64,000 bases of DNA from Amoebophrya sp. A120 (taxonomy: Eukaryota > Protista > Dinoflagellata), in the NCBI GenBank assembly GCA_905178155.1, contig CAJINV010000003.1, positions 5,609,985 to 5,673,984 of the forward strand, written 5' to 3'. Below are positions 15,001 to 26,473 of this stretch, in pieces. The first letter of the stretch is position 1, and each line of letters opens with the position of its first letter. The notes under the pieces are model-generated. The model was not told the DNA's origin. It ran no database searches and saw only the letters and a list, made by a program, of their open reading frames with translations. The position numbers were made by a program, and so were the translations under genes.

Positions 15001-17680
15001 CGAGACCAGCTCGGGGAAAATCAACACCGCGGTGCGCTGCCGCGTGGACTCGTCCAGAAAGCAGTAATTGCACACGGCTTTTTTGCACCCCTGGTAGTAT
15101 TCCGCTATCAGCTCGTCGCGCATTTGCTTGACCACGCGCGGCGCCGTGCCCTGCAGCAACTGATCGCCAACCAGAAGGTTTACGTTATCGAACCATTGCT
15201 TGTTGTACGGGGCTATTGTTTCCGTCGGCACCGCGTTCACGTAGTGCTGGTAGCGGACCAGGGTTCCCAGAAAATCCTTGCGCGTCAGTATTACAGTGAA
15301 AAGTGCCCCCCACCCCTCAAATTGCAAAAATTTGTGATGCGAAGTTTCCAAATTTGTTTCAGCAAAATTTGTGATGCGAAGTTTCCAAATGAAAACTTTT
15401 TGTCATGCATGAAAGGAGTACGAATCTTTCTGATGCAGAGTCTAGGCGTGTATCGCATCGCTTGCATAACAAGCGCCGCTCTTGCTGGGGTCTTTTGCAA
15501 TACAAATTTTCGCCATTCACGATTGGAAACCTGTGATGCTGATTGGTGCAAGAGGGCGAATGTTTCATTTGGAAAGGTTTGCAATGCAAATGCTTTCAAG
15601 TTCGGGGGTGGGGGCATTTTTCATTCTGATAGTCAGCAGCTCGGCTTCGTCCACCTGCTCGGCAATGGGGGACCCCTCCTCGATGAAGAGCCCGAGCTGC
15701 TTATCCTGAGTAAAAACGTACCCACCCCAGAGTTGTAATGCAGATCTGCAAGCACAAGAGCGCTTGTAATGCGCATCCCCATGAGAAGAATTTCCAATCG
15801 TGTTTTGGAACTTGTAATGCTATAAACAGGATAAGGAGATGGATTTGTGATGCGGCTTCCCTTGCTAAACTGCACTACACTACAGCCTGCAATTTGTCAT
15901 GCGCGGTTCCCAAAACTTCAAGGTTTGTGTTGCAAAATCCCCATCTTGACTCTGGGGTGGGGACGTTTTTACTCAGAATACTGCTTCTCCCAGTACTGCT
16001 GGCTCTCGTCGTTCCGCAGAAACGTTTGGTGAATGGTGGCGAAATTTTTCTCGAGGTCGTGCTGGGCCATATTTTTTGCTCGGTCGACCCGCCACTCCAG
16101 CGAGGACGACGAGATGTCGGGATTGCGCTCGGGGTCTAGTTTGAGCAGCCCGGCTAGGGGACTGTAGTGGATACCTATGTTCCCACTTATCGCGCCCTTC
16201 TCGAGCTCGTCCCGGATGGGGGCGCAACGCGTCCGGCTAAACACGTCCAGGAGCGGCGGAAACAGATGGCTCGCGCTCGCTACCTGCTTCATTTTTGGCG
16301 CCTCCTCCGGGAATGATGTGTTCTCGAGCACCCGCTGGGGCAGATCGCCCATGGACCGCGTCACCTCGTCCTTGGTGAGGAGTGCTGGCAAGATTGTTGA
16401 CGACGTCGTAGACCTGATAAAACCAATGAAGCAATTTTGAAAAAAACGCACAAACGGGTACTACACCCATAATTCCAAGTTGGTTTCTTATCCGAATCCG
16501 GCACATAAAAACACAAAAGCATTTCTTTTACTAAAAATCCGTACCACACAGAGAGGATGAGTCCGTCGCTCTTTCTCAAGTTATTCATGCGTAGAGAGAA
16601 ACCATGCGTGCGTTAACAGAGATTTGAGGTACAACAACACGTAAAAATATACAATTCAAAATAGCTAAAAATTACCCTTTTCCGCCGTCCTTGTCGGCAG
16701 AGGGGCTGGTAGCGTCATCTGGTGGTGGTGCTGGCACGAAAGACGCCACCGATTTCTTTGTTAGGGAAGATTGCACCTGAAACTTTGGCCTGGAAAGGAA
16801 ATCATAGGGCTCAAACGTGAGCTTGCGCGACTCGTCGCACTTCAGCTTTCCCAGAGGTGCCAAATCGAGAAAGACCGTGGCGTAGGAGTTGCACGCCCAA
16901 CCTATGGTCTCCAGCACGTGGTCGTGGACGAGATCGATGAAATCCGAGGGCAACTCGATATGCACAAAGAAAAAACTGTGTTGATCGTGTAAAACTTTTT
17001 TGAAGCGAGTAGCACCAACGCTGCGTTTGCTTTATGGAGCAAGAAACAAATAGAATCGTCACACAGGGCTAGTGCGTCAAACTCAAGTTCTTCGCGCAGA
17101 GATGTCCGCATGACAAGCCTGTACAGCTGTGTTGCAAGAACGTGATCCATGTTATTTTGCAAAAATGCAAAGATACTTACAACGTTTCCACTCAGTTTTC
17201 ACTCGTCAGTTTTTTCCTTGGATACTCGTGCAGCAGCTTGTACACTTTACTTCTCTGGTACTTCATCACCGGTCCCCCGCTGATCAACTGCCCCTCGCGA
17301 AAGGTATGGTCCTCGCTGAAGCTGGGTCGGTCGAAGATCAAGTCGCAGGTGCTGGGCACCGGAGCGCCGGACGAGGATGACGCGCCCTGCATGTGGAGAA
17401 ACGTACCCACGTGAGGCACCGCCAGTGCGGCGCCGCTCCCCTGAAGGTCGTGACAAACCTGCGTCCATACCGCCAGAAAAATCCGGTACACGTTCTCCGC
17501 GGTGGTGAGGGCGACGAGCTCCACCTCCTTCTCTGGTGCGTGCTGGTCCGCGTAGATTTGTGCCAACGTTCGGCGCCCGATCTCCTCGAGATAGGTGTCC
17601 GTCCGGAACGGCTTTGGCCGCAGCTGCCCCACCTTCCGCAACCCGGACCCGGAAGAGCTGCTGCCGCCCGTCTGAAACAT
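1..17680 (-). CDS. Axonemal dynein heavy chain (inner-arm type), multi-exon, 3' end beyond the left edge of the window
   Basis: AAA1 GPAGTGKTETVKDLAKAL / WACFDEFNRI / [23 protein letters not shown] (ORF 10098-11558); AAA2 GLPYSGKTT and FDGPVDAIWIE; AAA3 GPTGTGKT; AAA4 GVGGSGRQS; stalk MKNPPSPVKLV; AAA5 RWPLCIDPQGQANKWIK; linker [25 protein letters not shown]. Interrupted by 13 TAT..ATA elements and several GT-AG introns. Joining of the 5' exons (16672-17680) is inferred. Confidence 0.95.
1176..1435. mobile_element. TIR introner, family B (TSD AGATG)
   Basis: TATGCATTGCAAATATGTCTGGGTCTGGAA ... TTCCAGACCCAGACATATTTTCATTTGATA; AGATG at 1171-1175 and 1436-1440; removal gives ELDQRI|FNINDFFRLNLYRNICRSLFE. 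Confidence 0.93.
2677..2956. mobile_element. TIR introner, family A (TSD TGTCC)
   Basis: TATCCTGAGTAAAAACGTACCCACACC ... GGTGTGGGTACGTTTTTACTCAGGATA; TGTCC on both sides; removal gives ELKKIVD|KLTALENQLNGL. Confidence 0.95.
3571..3946. mobile_element. Degenerate TIR introner (flanks TGTCC/GGTCG)
   Basis: TAT...ATA ends with a weak inverted repeat (TGAAG..CACCTG); removal plus 5 nt gives KMISD(P/T)KFLESLRVYDK in frame. Confidence 0.7.
4598..4840. mobile_element. TIR introner (TSD ACCAC)
   Basis: Perfect 19-bp TIR TATGACAGTGCACAACTCC; ACCAC on both sides; removal gives GELMIVV|AKETEDAEK. Confidence 0.93.
5203..5444. mobile_element. TIR introner, family B (TSD GCGAT)
   Basis: TATGGATTGCAAAAGTGTCTGGGTCTG ... 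CAGACCCAGACATATTTGCATTGGATA; removal gives WPADALIA|VATRFLKEE. Confidence 0.93.
7348..7516. mobile_element. TIR introner (TSD TGTTC)
   Basis: TATCACAGGAAAAAGTGTTAACGTTA / reverse complement of right end TATCGAAGAAAAAAGTGTGAACGTTA; splits the conserved IDDLN|MP motif of AAA3. Confidence 0.92.
7892..8200. mobile_element. TIR introner (TSD GTCCG)
   Basis: About 40-bp imperfect TIR containing CAGAATCGAAAT(T/C)GACAAAATCGAAAAA; removal gives YMWDPD|SLNWKNWTE. Confidence 0.92.
8240..8491. mobile_element. TIR introner, family B (TSD CGGTC)
   Basis: TATCAAATGTAAAAATGTCTGGGTCTGGAAGA ... TCTTCCAGACCCAGACATATTTGCATTTGATA; removal gives PPIPDR|GVVFDY. Confidence 0.94.
8592..8946. mobile_element. Diverged family A introner (TSD CGACT)
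   Basis: CATCCTGAGGAAAAACGTACC ... GGTACGTTTCGACTCAGGATA; CGACT on both sides; removal gives GAACNTES|KPLFSKFL. Confidence 0.88.
11848..12099. mobile_element. TIR introner (TSD GGGAA)
   Basis: TIR core GCTCAG(A/G)TGTTACAATCTCAAACGTTACA; removal gives TEKEIVP|LQKHEDK. Confidence 0.93.
15289..15631. mobile_element. TIR introner (TSD GTCAG)
   Basis: TATTACAGTGAAAAGTGCCCCCCACCCC / rc TATCAGAATGAAAAATGCCCCCACCCCC; internal duplication of AAAATTTGTGATGCGAAGTTTCCAAAT; removal gives EAELLT|RKDFLG. Confidence 0.92.
15702..15980. mobile_element. TIR introner, family A (TSD CTGCT)
   Basis: TATCCTGAGTAAAAACGTACCCACC ... GGTGGGGACGTTTTTACTCAGAATA; removal gives QQYWEKQ|LGLFIEEG; opposite orientation to the 2677 copy. 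Confidence 0.94.
16959..17224. mobile_element. TIR introner (flanks CTCGA/CTCGT)
   Basis: TATGCACAAAGAAAAAACTG / rc TATCCAAGGAAAAAACTG; removal gives VYKLL(H/L)E|LPSDFIDL. Confidence 0.82.
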
Positions 17681-18747
17681 AGTCTGTTCTTCACTATCGG
17701 AAAATCTTCCTAGAAGAAGAAGTACTGTAGGTCGTATGTCTTCATGTTCATCCCTTGGATCAATAATTATCTCGAGACCCTCCCATCATTCCCCGAAAAA
17801 AAACGGACCCTGACGACGAGCGAGCGACACGCCCCGCCCGAAGTCGGTTGGTCCTACTATATACGAGCTGGCAATTATGAAATCAAATTCTTGAATTAAA
17901 TGGAGAGCGCAAAGAAAACACGCTCCGCGCAGACTGGCAAGGCCGGCTACGATCCGTACGACACTCACGACGATTTTTTTGAAAACGATATCACAGAGCG
18001 AGAAGAGCAGTTCTTCTCTCATACGATAGCAAATACGTCGTCACTGCGAGGTTTACTCAGTAGAAAATCACACCGCTGAGAAGAGGTACTTAACTTTCAG
18101 AGCATACTTTCTTGTTCTTCAGGATAAAGATGCCTCTACTCAACTCCTCTTTTTACGAGCACCTGCAACGATACGAATTGAATTGCTCTCCACGAGAGGA
18201 TACCCTGGTCGCTAGACCTGCAGCTCGAGAAGGACGTACCCCACACCTAGTAGCCTAGACATAGCCACGAAAACGAGCTAGAGGACACAAGATATTGCCA
18301 CAAACAACTTCGCACTCTTTTGCACCTTCTCCTGGCTCATTCAGGTGTATTCAAGATACGCTTGTGAGGCAAGTAAAAACGAATGTGCGCCATTTTGCAT
18401 AGCTACTAAATGCAACGACAGAAACAAAATGAGTGCGGTCACGGCAGTTGTAATTTTCTTGGAAATAACTCACAGCTCAGCAAAGGCGATAATATATTAG
18501 GAGTGGTGAGTATACAGTTTTTTCTGTTCACAGATGAGTGAAGTTTCATTCACGGCATAGGCCTACCGAGAATGGAGTTTGACATAAAAACTTCGACAAT
18601 GAAGCCAACACGCTAGGGGAAAGGAAGAAACACCGCCTCGGCTCTCGCTGCCAGGGATATCATCGATCCGTGCGCCCAGAATGTTGTATCATAGATGCAA
18701 CCAGAAAGGAGCAGTAAGTCGCGTACACTCGGTCTTTACAGATTACT

Positions 18748-19977
18748 TCACAAAAAGAGCACTCGATAATTTTCGCGTTCCTTGAGGTATTTGAAATTCT
18801 GAAAATCATACCGCACGGGGCGTCCGAGATTGAAGTAATCCGGTCGACTCGGGTTGGGCCACTCGTCCAGTCCGAGTTGGATGCACTGCGTCTTTTCCCG
18901 ATCATTGTACAAGCCAAACTCCGCAAAGCCCTTGTGCTGCACCCTCAGACAGACCTCGTGCGAGCGCAGCGGATCCGCTTGGTCTTCCCGTCGGGTGCTG
19001 GACGTGAGACCTGGTCTATGCAGTGCAAAAATTTCTTGTTATTCCCAACGCGCAAAAGCAAAAGTAAGCAGGAACACGCAAAAAATAAAACAACGACGCC
19101 AGGCGTGTTAGTTAGCATGGGTGGGGTCAGTGGCTTTTAATCCTTGATAGATTCTATGACCACGGGCCGGCGAAGGTGAACATATCGGCGCTCTGGTCCT
19201 CAATGAATGCTTTCTCTTTTTTCGCACTACATTTTCTTGCTTTGTTCTGTGCCGAGAACTTTTCTGCAACTTTTGCACAGCATAAAAGTCGTAGTCCAGC
19301 AGATTCGGATCGTCCACTCGTTTGCACTGCAAGGAGAGGTAGGAGTTTGTTTTTGCAACCGAATACTTCTCAAGTTGCATTTGGTACCGCATCCGGAGGG
19401 GCTCCATTCCCGGTATCGTTTTTTTCTTCGCGTCACTCAGCTGCTTTTTCAGCTGTCGTATGCGGTACTCGAGAAAGGGTGTGTACGCTTGCGAGAGTCT
19501 CTTCTGAAGCGGGTGTGCGGCCGCGGGATGTCCTACATGACAGCACTTGAACCAGGCCCCGCGGTCCTTCTCGTGCACGAAGGTGACGCCCTGAAACGCG
19601 GGCCGCATCTTGTTCATCACACTGGCCAGTAGCGTTTTCTGCGCGGCCAGGCTGCTGACGTCCTGCGCATTTTGTGCTCCTTCCAAGTAGTACTCGTTCA
19701 AACACTCGCGGTCGGTGGGCAGCTGCTCGACAAGCCGACGCTTGTGCCACAGGGACCTAATATTCGCGCACAGGTCAAATTTCTTGCTCAGCCAACGACG
19801 GAGCACTGTGCGTGTGTGTTGCGGGAGCTTCTCCAGTGGCCCCGTGTCGCCGCTCTGAAACGCCTGCTTCAGCTCTGGCGGCGGAGAACAATCGAGGTAA
19901 AAAGACGTGAAAAAACGCATCGTGCTACTTTGTCCTTTTGCTTTTCCAAACTTGCGCAGACAGACAATCCAAATCAC
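18748..19977 (-). CDS. Hypothetical protein, two exons
   Basis: The 289-aa ORF joins in frame to ...VQHKGFAEFGLY...RVLFL* if 19017-19233 plus 5 nt is removed; no recognisable motif; start uncertain. Confidence 0.5.
19017..19233. mobile_element. Decayed TIR introner (TSD eroded)
   Basis: TATGCAGTGCAAAAA vs rc right end AATGTAGTGCGAAAA; flanks TGGTC/TTCTT; removal plus 5 nt restores the frame (KQE|GLTSS). Confidence 0.55.
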
Positions 19978-21240
19978 GAAGCCCCATTCTCATGTGTAAG
20001 AAGAAACGAACGCGATGTGCCTCTGTCCATACATGGTCACGAAGTTATTTGAGCACTTGTTCTTCCTATAATCTACGAGATTAAGAAGAGCAACCTACTT
20101 CTGGATACTTACGGACGCCACGACGAAAGCGAAAAACGAAAGCACCACGAACGGCTTTACACTCTCCCTCGGACCCAGCATCACGACGGCGATTTTAATT
20201 GCAATCGCAAATGCGGCTGTTCTCATATGCTTCTTTTGCGAACAAAAGACCTCTCCTCGAAGACGAATGAGTGCTCGAATGTGGCACCGGAACAACGGGG
20301 GACCAAGGTCCGGTGAACACAGTAGGCCGCCCCCGTGCTGCAGCGGCCATCAGGTGGCTTCGTAAGCGTCTTCTCTTTGCGCCTTCTCTTACTTCGAACT
20401 GCAGTTCTAGGGTTCGGACGAGCAAGGGAGACATACTACAACACGGCTCTTTCTTAATCGCGCCTGCCACCTGCGTATTATTTCTTTATTTGTCTCGTCT
20501 CCCTGGCGGAAAATGACCTGGCAGCGCGAGCTTTGGAAGTCGTTGCGTTTTTTTGACACAATATCGGCTGGTGGCGGCGGCCCCGATCGGTAGGGGGTAC
20601 CTACACGACTTCATGAGGCCGCACGGCCAGCCAACCGTAGACTGAAGGTTGCATTTTTTGCACATTATCCTTTCCTTAAAAATTATTGTTCGGCATTTTG
20701 TCATCCTCCATATCGACGGTTTGTTTACTAGAGGGTAGTATAAATAAATGTATGTAACGAGGTTCGCAGGTGGAGAGGCCAGCAGGTATTTTCATCTTCG
20801 GTCGAGCGAGGTACTTTCCACTCCCTGTATTTGGTACAGCATGTAGTTGGCGGAAGATTCGGCTTCAGCGATGGCAACTACTCGACCCAAAATCCTGCAT
20901 CAGAAGCAGGGTACGGAGCACAGCTGCTCTTCCTGTGCTAGGAGTTTACGCTTTTTGACACTGCAATCAGTAGTTCAATCTTTCGCGGATCGATTTAAGA
21001 CTTTTCTTTAGTGCGGTAGATAAAAAGTAAAACGATGTCGGTTGTAAGTATGCTGTAGATTCATCAGATTTAGGAAAGACAAATGCTCTGCTTATATTTG
21101 CCGTTTTAGAAGAAGCGGACACGAGCCACTATATGATAACAAGTTCGATTTGATGTCCGTGACGGAGGACTGTGGAGGACTGCATGAGAACAATTCGCTT
21201 CCTGCTCCTGCCCTCGCAGCTTCGGTTGAGATAAAGAATT

Positions 21241-24200
21241 CTAGCCTTTCGTGACGACCTTAAAGCCGAACGACGGAGTTTTTAGCATAGACTTGCTGTC
21301 TTTCACGTCGACGCACGTTGCCATCAGCAAACTGAGGTTCGGCGAAAAGTCCTTCTTCAGACAGCACTGCACCTGCCCAGCTTGATTTGTCCGCACGCGC
21401 AGCTGGTGTTGCTTGTCGTACTGGTGGCACACACCCAGCGACAATGGCATTGCACCTGAATAAAGATTGATCATGCAGATGCACACCCGCGGCCACGTCG
21501 TTCTCCTTTATCCTTTCATCGGGTTCGTTCTCATTTTTAGATGATACATAGATTGCAGAATAGCTTCCAGCTCAAACTTTTAGATACCTACAGCGAGAAT
21601 GAAAATTTGATTTTTTTACCCTTGTCTCCACCAAGGGACGCGACAACTTCCATCACGGCGGTGGTTTTTGCGTCGATCGCGACGGAGTGATTCAAAGTAG
21701 CCTTCTTCTTCGAGCCGACGGCAAGAACCGTGGTACCGGCGGGGCTCGCGTACGAGCAGCCGAGGTTGTACCCGAACAGGGCCGGATTCAGGTCCATCAT
21801 GTTGCACTGGAATAAAATATTTCTTTCGATCTTGAACAACTTGATTGATAGGAAGTCATGTAACACAACTTTCATGCTGTCATGCATCTGGCACTGGCCA
21901 AAAAGTTAGTACACACATGATGAAAACAGTCATTAATTTAGATGTTCATCGCCCTGCAGCTAGGGTCATCAACATACATCATTTTGTTCTTCTTCTATCA
22001 TCATAATGTTATAGTCCAGGTTTCCTTTCAGAAAGATCTGGATATCAGTCACACAAACAAGAAGTATCCAAAACCTTGAAGTCCGCAGCAACCTTGAGGC
22101 CTGCGAGCACATCCTTTGCGTCGTAGAGACAGGATGTTTTCAACAGGCCCGTGCCGGCGTTGCCCTTTAGGTTCAGTGAGAGCGGTCCGCTTGCGATGTC
22201 TGTTCCGCAAACGTAGTAGGGTAATGGCTCGCCCTTCTCTTCATACCTGTATGGCGCGCTTAAAGTCGCGTTTTTAAAAGTCATAGTTTTTTTTTTTGAA
22301 AGGTGGCGCAAAAACTGGGCACGCGGGTAGTTCAGTTAAATGCCGGCAGGCGAAACGCCGCACGCCTTGCCTTGGGTGTGTCGCCAAGAAATCTTTGCCA
22401 TGCGCCAGAATTGGCACCGTCGGGAGGCTGGACGCCGCGACGCTACTGCCGCCTTTAGCAAGCTTGCCAGCAAGTGCACGCGATCCATTTTCACATCTCG
22501 CCGCATCCCCGGAAGTGAAGCAACACTCGTAGCGCAAGGCCGCGGGCGCTGCGCCTGTTGCCTCAGCTTGCATCGCTGCGACCCCACAACGGCGCCACCA
22601 CGCTGGCCTCCCAACCAGCCGCAACAACAGACCTAGTGACCGCGCCACCCCTCGCGCCTCTACTATTTTGGTCGCCTTCCAACCACGGCAAGGCCATTGC
22701 CGCGCCTCTCCGCCGAGACAGGCTGCTGCCACGCGTGCGGTGTTTTCCCTGTTGCGGCGTGGCCCCTGTGGTCTAGCATCGGAGGCGCGGCCCCAAGGCT
22801 AGGCCGCCCCAAAATCCTTCCGAACCGCCCCGCCCGCCCGAACCAGCCAGGGCCGCCGGCCTAAAAAGCCCCCCTTCAAGCCCCGGCTCGCCAGCGCCCC
22901 AAATTGGGCGCCCATTCGAAGCGCCATTCTGAAGCCCTCTCATTGGGGCCGCTTTCGGAGGCCTTTTGGGCAACCCTTGGTGGGCCACAATGGCGGCCCG
23001 GATGGCCTCCGGATCACCCCCCCTGGATTTCATGCAATCCCGAGCTAACTAGGCCCCCCAAGGAGGCCTCTGAAGAGGCCTCCGGAATGGGGTCGGCGGA
23101 GGTTGCCCCGGAAGGACACCAGCGAAGGTCGTCGGGGCCACATAATCTCGGGCCCCGGGTCGATTGGGGTGGCTTGCTGGCTTATTGGTCTTCCGCCGGT
23201 TGCTTGGCGGCATTCGGAATATTCGCCGAACGGAAGGCGCCGCCGCTACTTGGCGCAGCCGGGCTGTGCGCTTCCTGTTTAAAGGGTGTCGCCGCCGTGG
23301 CCTTCTGCGGCCCGCCACGAAGGGGCCGGCCTCGCCTTGCCGGCGCGCCTGGCTCATGAGGCGGCCGCGAAGCGCATCTTGCCGGTGGGGCGCGTGGCGG
23401 CATTGGTATCCGCCCTCATGCAGGCCGCAGCGCCCCGGCTGACAAGCAGAACCAAGCTGAGCGGCGCATGAGGGGCGGCCGGGCCTTGCCTCGGTGGGAC
23501 TACATGTAAGCGCGCCAGATTGTGGCGGGGCTCGGCTATTAAGCCGCGACGCGTCGCCTTTCCTTTGCTCAGAACTTTGGGCGGCGGGGGGAGGCGAAGC
23601 GGACCCGGGGTTTTCGAAATTGCATCGCGGAATGCGCCACGAAGGATCGCGGCGAGGCATTCTTTTGCGCGCCGTCCGAATTGCCTTCCTGGGGCCCAGT
23701 GCTATCGCATTTATGCGCGCCAGCTCGGGCGACCCTATTCTCATATCGGCAGGGCATTAAAATCGGCGGCAGTGCCTGAAGACTAGCAAAAAAAAAAAAC
23801 TATGACTTTTGAAAACGCGACTTTAAGCGCGCCATAACCTGCAGAGTAGGTGCACAAGTCGTGCCGATCGAGATCATCAATCTGGACCACACAACACGGT
23901 AAAAATGCCGAAATCTTCGAAATTGTCACTCGAAAAAATCTATGCAAAAATGGGAATGACCATAAAAAAACTTCGTATACTTGGTGAAGAGGAAGAAGCC
24001 CGGGCAGTACTTAACCTTGCAGAACAAGTCCCACTTGCCCGTACCCTTCTTGTATCGGGCTATCCTGAGGAAAAACGTACCCACACCAGAGTTGTCATGC
24101 AAATCTGCATGCTGAAAATGTTTCTCATGCGGAACTCCATGAGAAGCATTTTCTAGTCGTGTTTTGCAATTTGTCATGCTCCAATCAGCATGGTATGCTA

Positions 24201-24760
24201 GATCTGTGATGCTGCTGAGCTAGCTCAAACAGCACTACACTACGAATCCAAATTTGTCATGCAAAACAGCCAAAACTTGTGGATTTGTCTAGCCGATTCC
24301 CCATCTTGACTCTGGTGTGGGTACGTTTTTACTCAGGATACGGGCGGTGAGTTCCTTATCGTCGTACTTACAGCTGATTTTGTCTACTACGTCCGTGGTC
24401 TTGAACGTGTAAGTGGAAGACCCAAACTTCAAACCTGAGGTAGTTGTTTGTGTTTCGTACGCTTGCACTGCTCCAAAGCCAGCAAGCTCCAGCAAGGTGT
24501 ACTAGCCTAATCGCAGCACGCAATAAACGGTATTTACGTAATCAACATGCAGCTCAGGCATCCATTTCTTTGTGTAATACATTATAGATTGAGATTCTAT
24601 GTATTGTACATGGTTCGGGAAAGGCGAGCCCCTTCTTGACGGCTGGATAGCCCTCCAGGACGGTCTTCTTGTCCTTGAACAAGCTCTTGAAGAGCGAGCC
24701 TTTGTAGACACCACCGGTCGTGTCCGTTTCACTGAAGCTGACGTTCGGCCCGTTCATTTT
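21241..24760 (-). CDS. Eukaryotic porin (VDAC/Tom40-like beta-barrel), multi-exon
   Basis: Exons give alternating beta-strand patterns and a VDAC-like C-terminus LRVRTNQAGQVQCCLKKDFSPNLSLLMATCVD...FGFKVVTKG*; the first-exon junction near 24500-24610 was not resolved. Confidence 0.55.
22250..23836. mobile_element. Long (1587 bp) TIR element with GC-rich interior (TSD ACCTG)
   Basis: TATGGCGCGCTTAAAGTCGCGTTTT(T/C)AAAAGTCATAGTTTTTTTTTTT at both ends, inverted, one mismatch; ACCTG at 22245-22249 and 23837-23841. Confidence 0.93.
24061..24340. mobile_element. TIR introner, family A (TSD CGGGC)
   Basis: Near-identical reverse complement of 2677-2956; removal gives DKELTAR|YKKGTGKW. Confidence 0.95.
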
Positions 24761-26194
24761 TGCAAGGTGCGACTTACAAGTTAGAAATAGAGTACCACGA
24801 TGAGCACTGTCGAGACTCTTTCTTCTCAACAAAAATTCTCGTCTGCCCGTTCTGTTTGTGGAAACAAATCGAAACTACAGTAACTGACGCTCTGCAAATA
24901 AAAACTTGAGTAGCAACAGGTCCTTCAGGCTTTAATACGGACACCCCAAACGAATCAACTAGGATGATCTACAACTCAGCTGATTTTTACTAATCCGACT
25001 GGAGGTCATACCACACGAAAAGTTCTTCACTTTCACACCAAATCCTCTTTGCTTTCGGTCCGGGTAGATAATTTTCCTGAAAAATCTATGGTTACAATAA
25101 ACGATGTTTCGATACACACACAAAACTATCACTCGGGGATGGGGTCGTGAAAAAGTCTCACACTACACTCACCCTGTCATGTCATCAAGAATTCGAAGCA
25201 CTTTGATCGCAAGATAAAAACGCTTTGAGCAGTACCTACCGAAACTCGGTCTCGTCGACTCTAGATCCGTCAGCACCTCCAATTTGTCTCTGTCAATCTA
25301 TCGTTGTCAACATCCGCATAAGCTAGGAAATAAGCTAGAAGGAACACGAATCCGGCATCCTCAACTGTCATGCCACTATCAAAAAATGGCGGTTTTTTTT
25401 TTCCGTTCTGTAGTTCTCCACCAGGGTACAATACACAGCTCGAGGATGTTTTTAGGATACAACGAAAATAACACGTGTAGTTCTTACATCTACACAGCCA
25501 TGGAGGTTGAGTCTGTTTTCATAGGTGTGTACTAAAAATTCCGTGGCAGAATAAATTCGCGCGGCCCGACTTTGGGCACCGAACGGGGACGAGGCGAGCG
25601 ATGCAACTTTGCATCGCGCACTGTCCCGTGCCTGTCTTTCAAAGCCGAAAGGAGAGCGCCGTCACTTCTAGCAACAGTAAAATAAAATGTCTTCCACCCT
25701 GCTGGGTGATCAATCGGTCTGCTGTTCGTGGAACGATTTACTCCCGAACCGCGATTCTCTGCTCAACATCCATAGTCTTTTCATTTGAGGCGACATCGTT
25801 GCTGCCTGTATGTCAGCGATCCCGCGAAATTCAAAGGTAGTTATGTTCTCGCGTAGACCGACAACTACCGGGCAGTCGGGGCGGGGTGAGACACGTTCTT
25901 CGGGCGGGGTACGTAGAAAGTCCAGAGGAGGAGGTGGCGGACGAAGCTCCATGATCCGGAATCAATCTGGAACGTTTTGTCTTCATCCGCCTCCGAAGAA
26001 GATGAAGAAGCATATAGCATTTACGATTCAAGGTGAACACAGGTCGTCCCTGCGTCGTCGATCAAAACTTCGAGGCGCGGTCGCGTAATCACGCCGCTGG
26101 CATTCCCTTCTGAGACGCAGAAATGATCTGCAGAATTGCGGACCCCACGACCACGAACAGAAAAAAGGCCAACACCAGAGGGCCGACCCGAAAT

Positions 26195-26473
26195 TATCCT
26201 GAGTAAAAACGTACCCCCACCAGAGTCAGGATGGGGATTTTGCAACACAAACCCGGGAGTTTTGTGAGTCACGCATGACAAGTTGCGCTATGCAGTGTTG
26301 TGCAGGTTAGCAAGTGCAGCCGCATCACAGATTCATCGGCTCATCCTGTTCACAGCATCACAAATTCCAAAACACGATTGGAAATGGCTGTCATGGGGAT
26401 GCGCATTACAAGTCTTCTTGTCTTTGCAAATCTGCATTACAACTCTGGTGTGGGTACGTTTTTACTCAGGATA
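26195..26473. mobile_element. Family A element (TSD GAAAT), host gene not recognised
   Basis: TATCCTGAGTAAAAACGTACCC ... GGGTACGTTTTTACTCAGGATA; GAAAT on both sides; interior homologous to the other family A copies. Confidence 0.92.

Noticed and set aside
17398-17410. AAACGTACCCAC match to the family A TIR core
   Set aside because: No partner TIR or TSD; lies in open coding frame (HVGTF).
1-17680. Dynein as a transposon-riddled pseudogene
   Set aside because: Exons between insertions are intact with conserved motifs and strong codon bias, and the insertions are precisely removable.
22274-23786. Multiple overlapping ORFs inside the long element as a possible transposase
   Set aside because: Ala/Arg/Gly/Pro-rich frames expected from high GC; no DDE, zinc-finger or recombinase motif visible.
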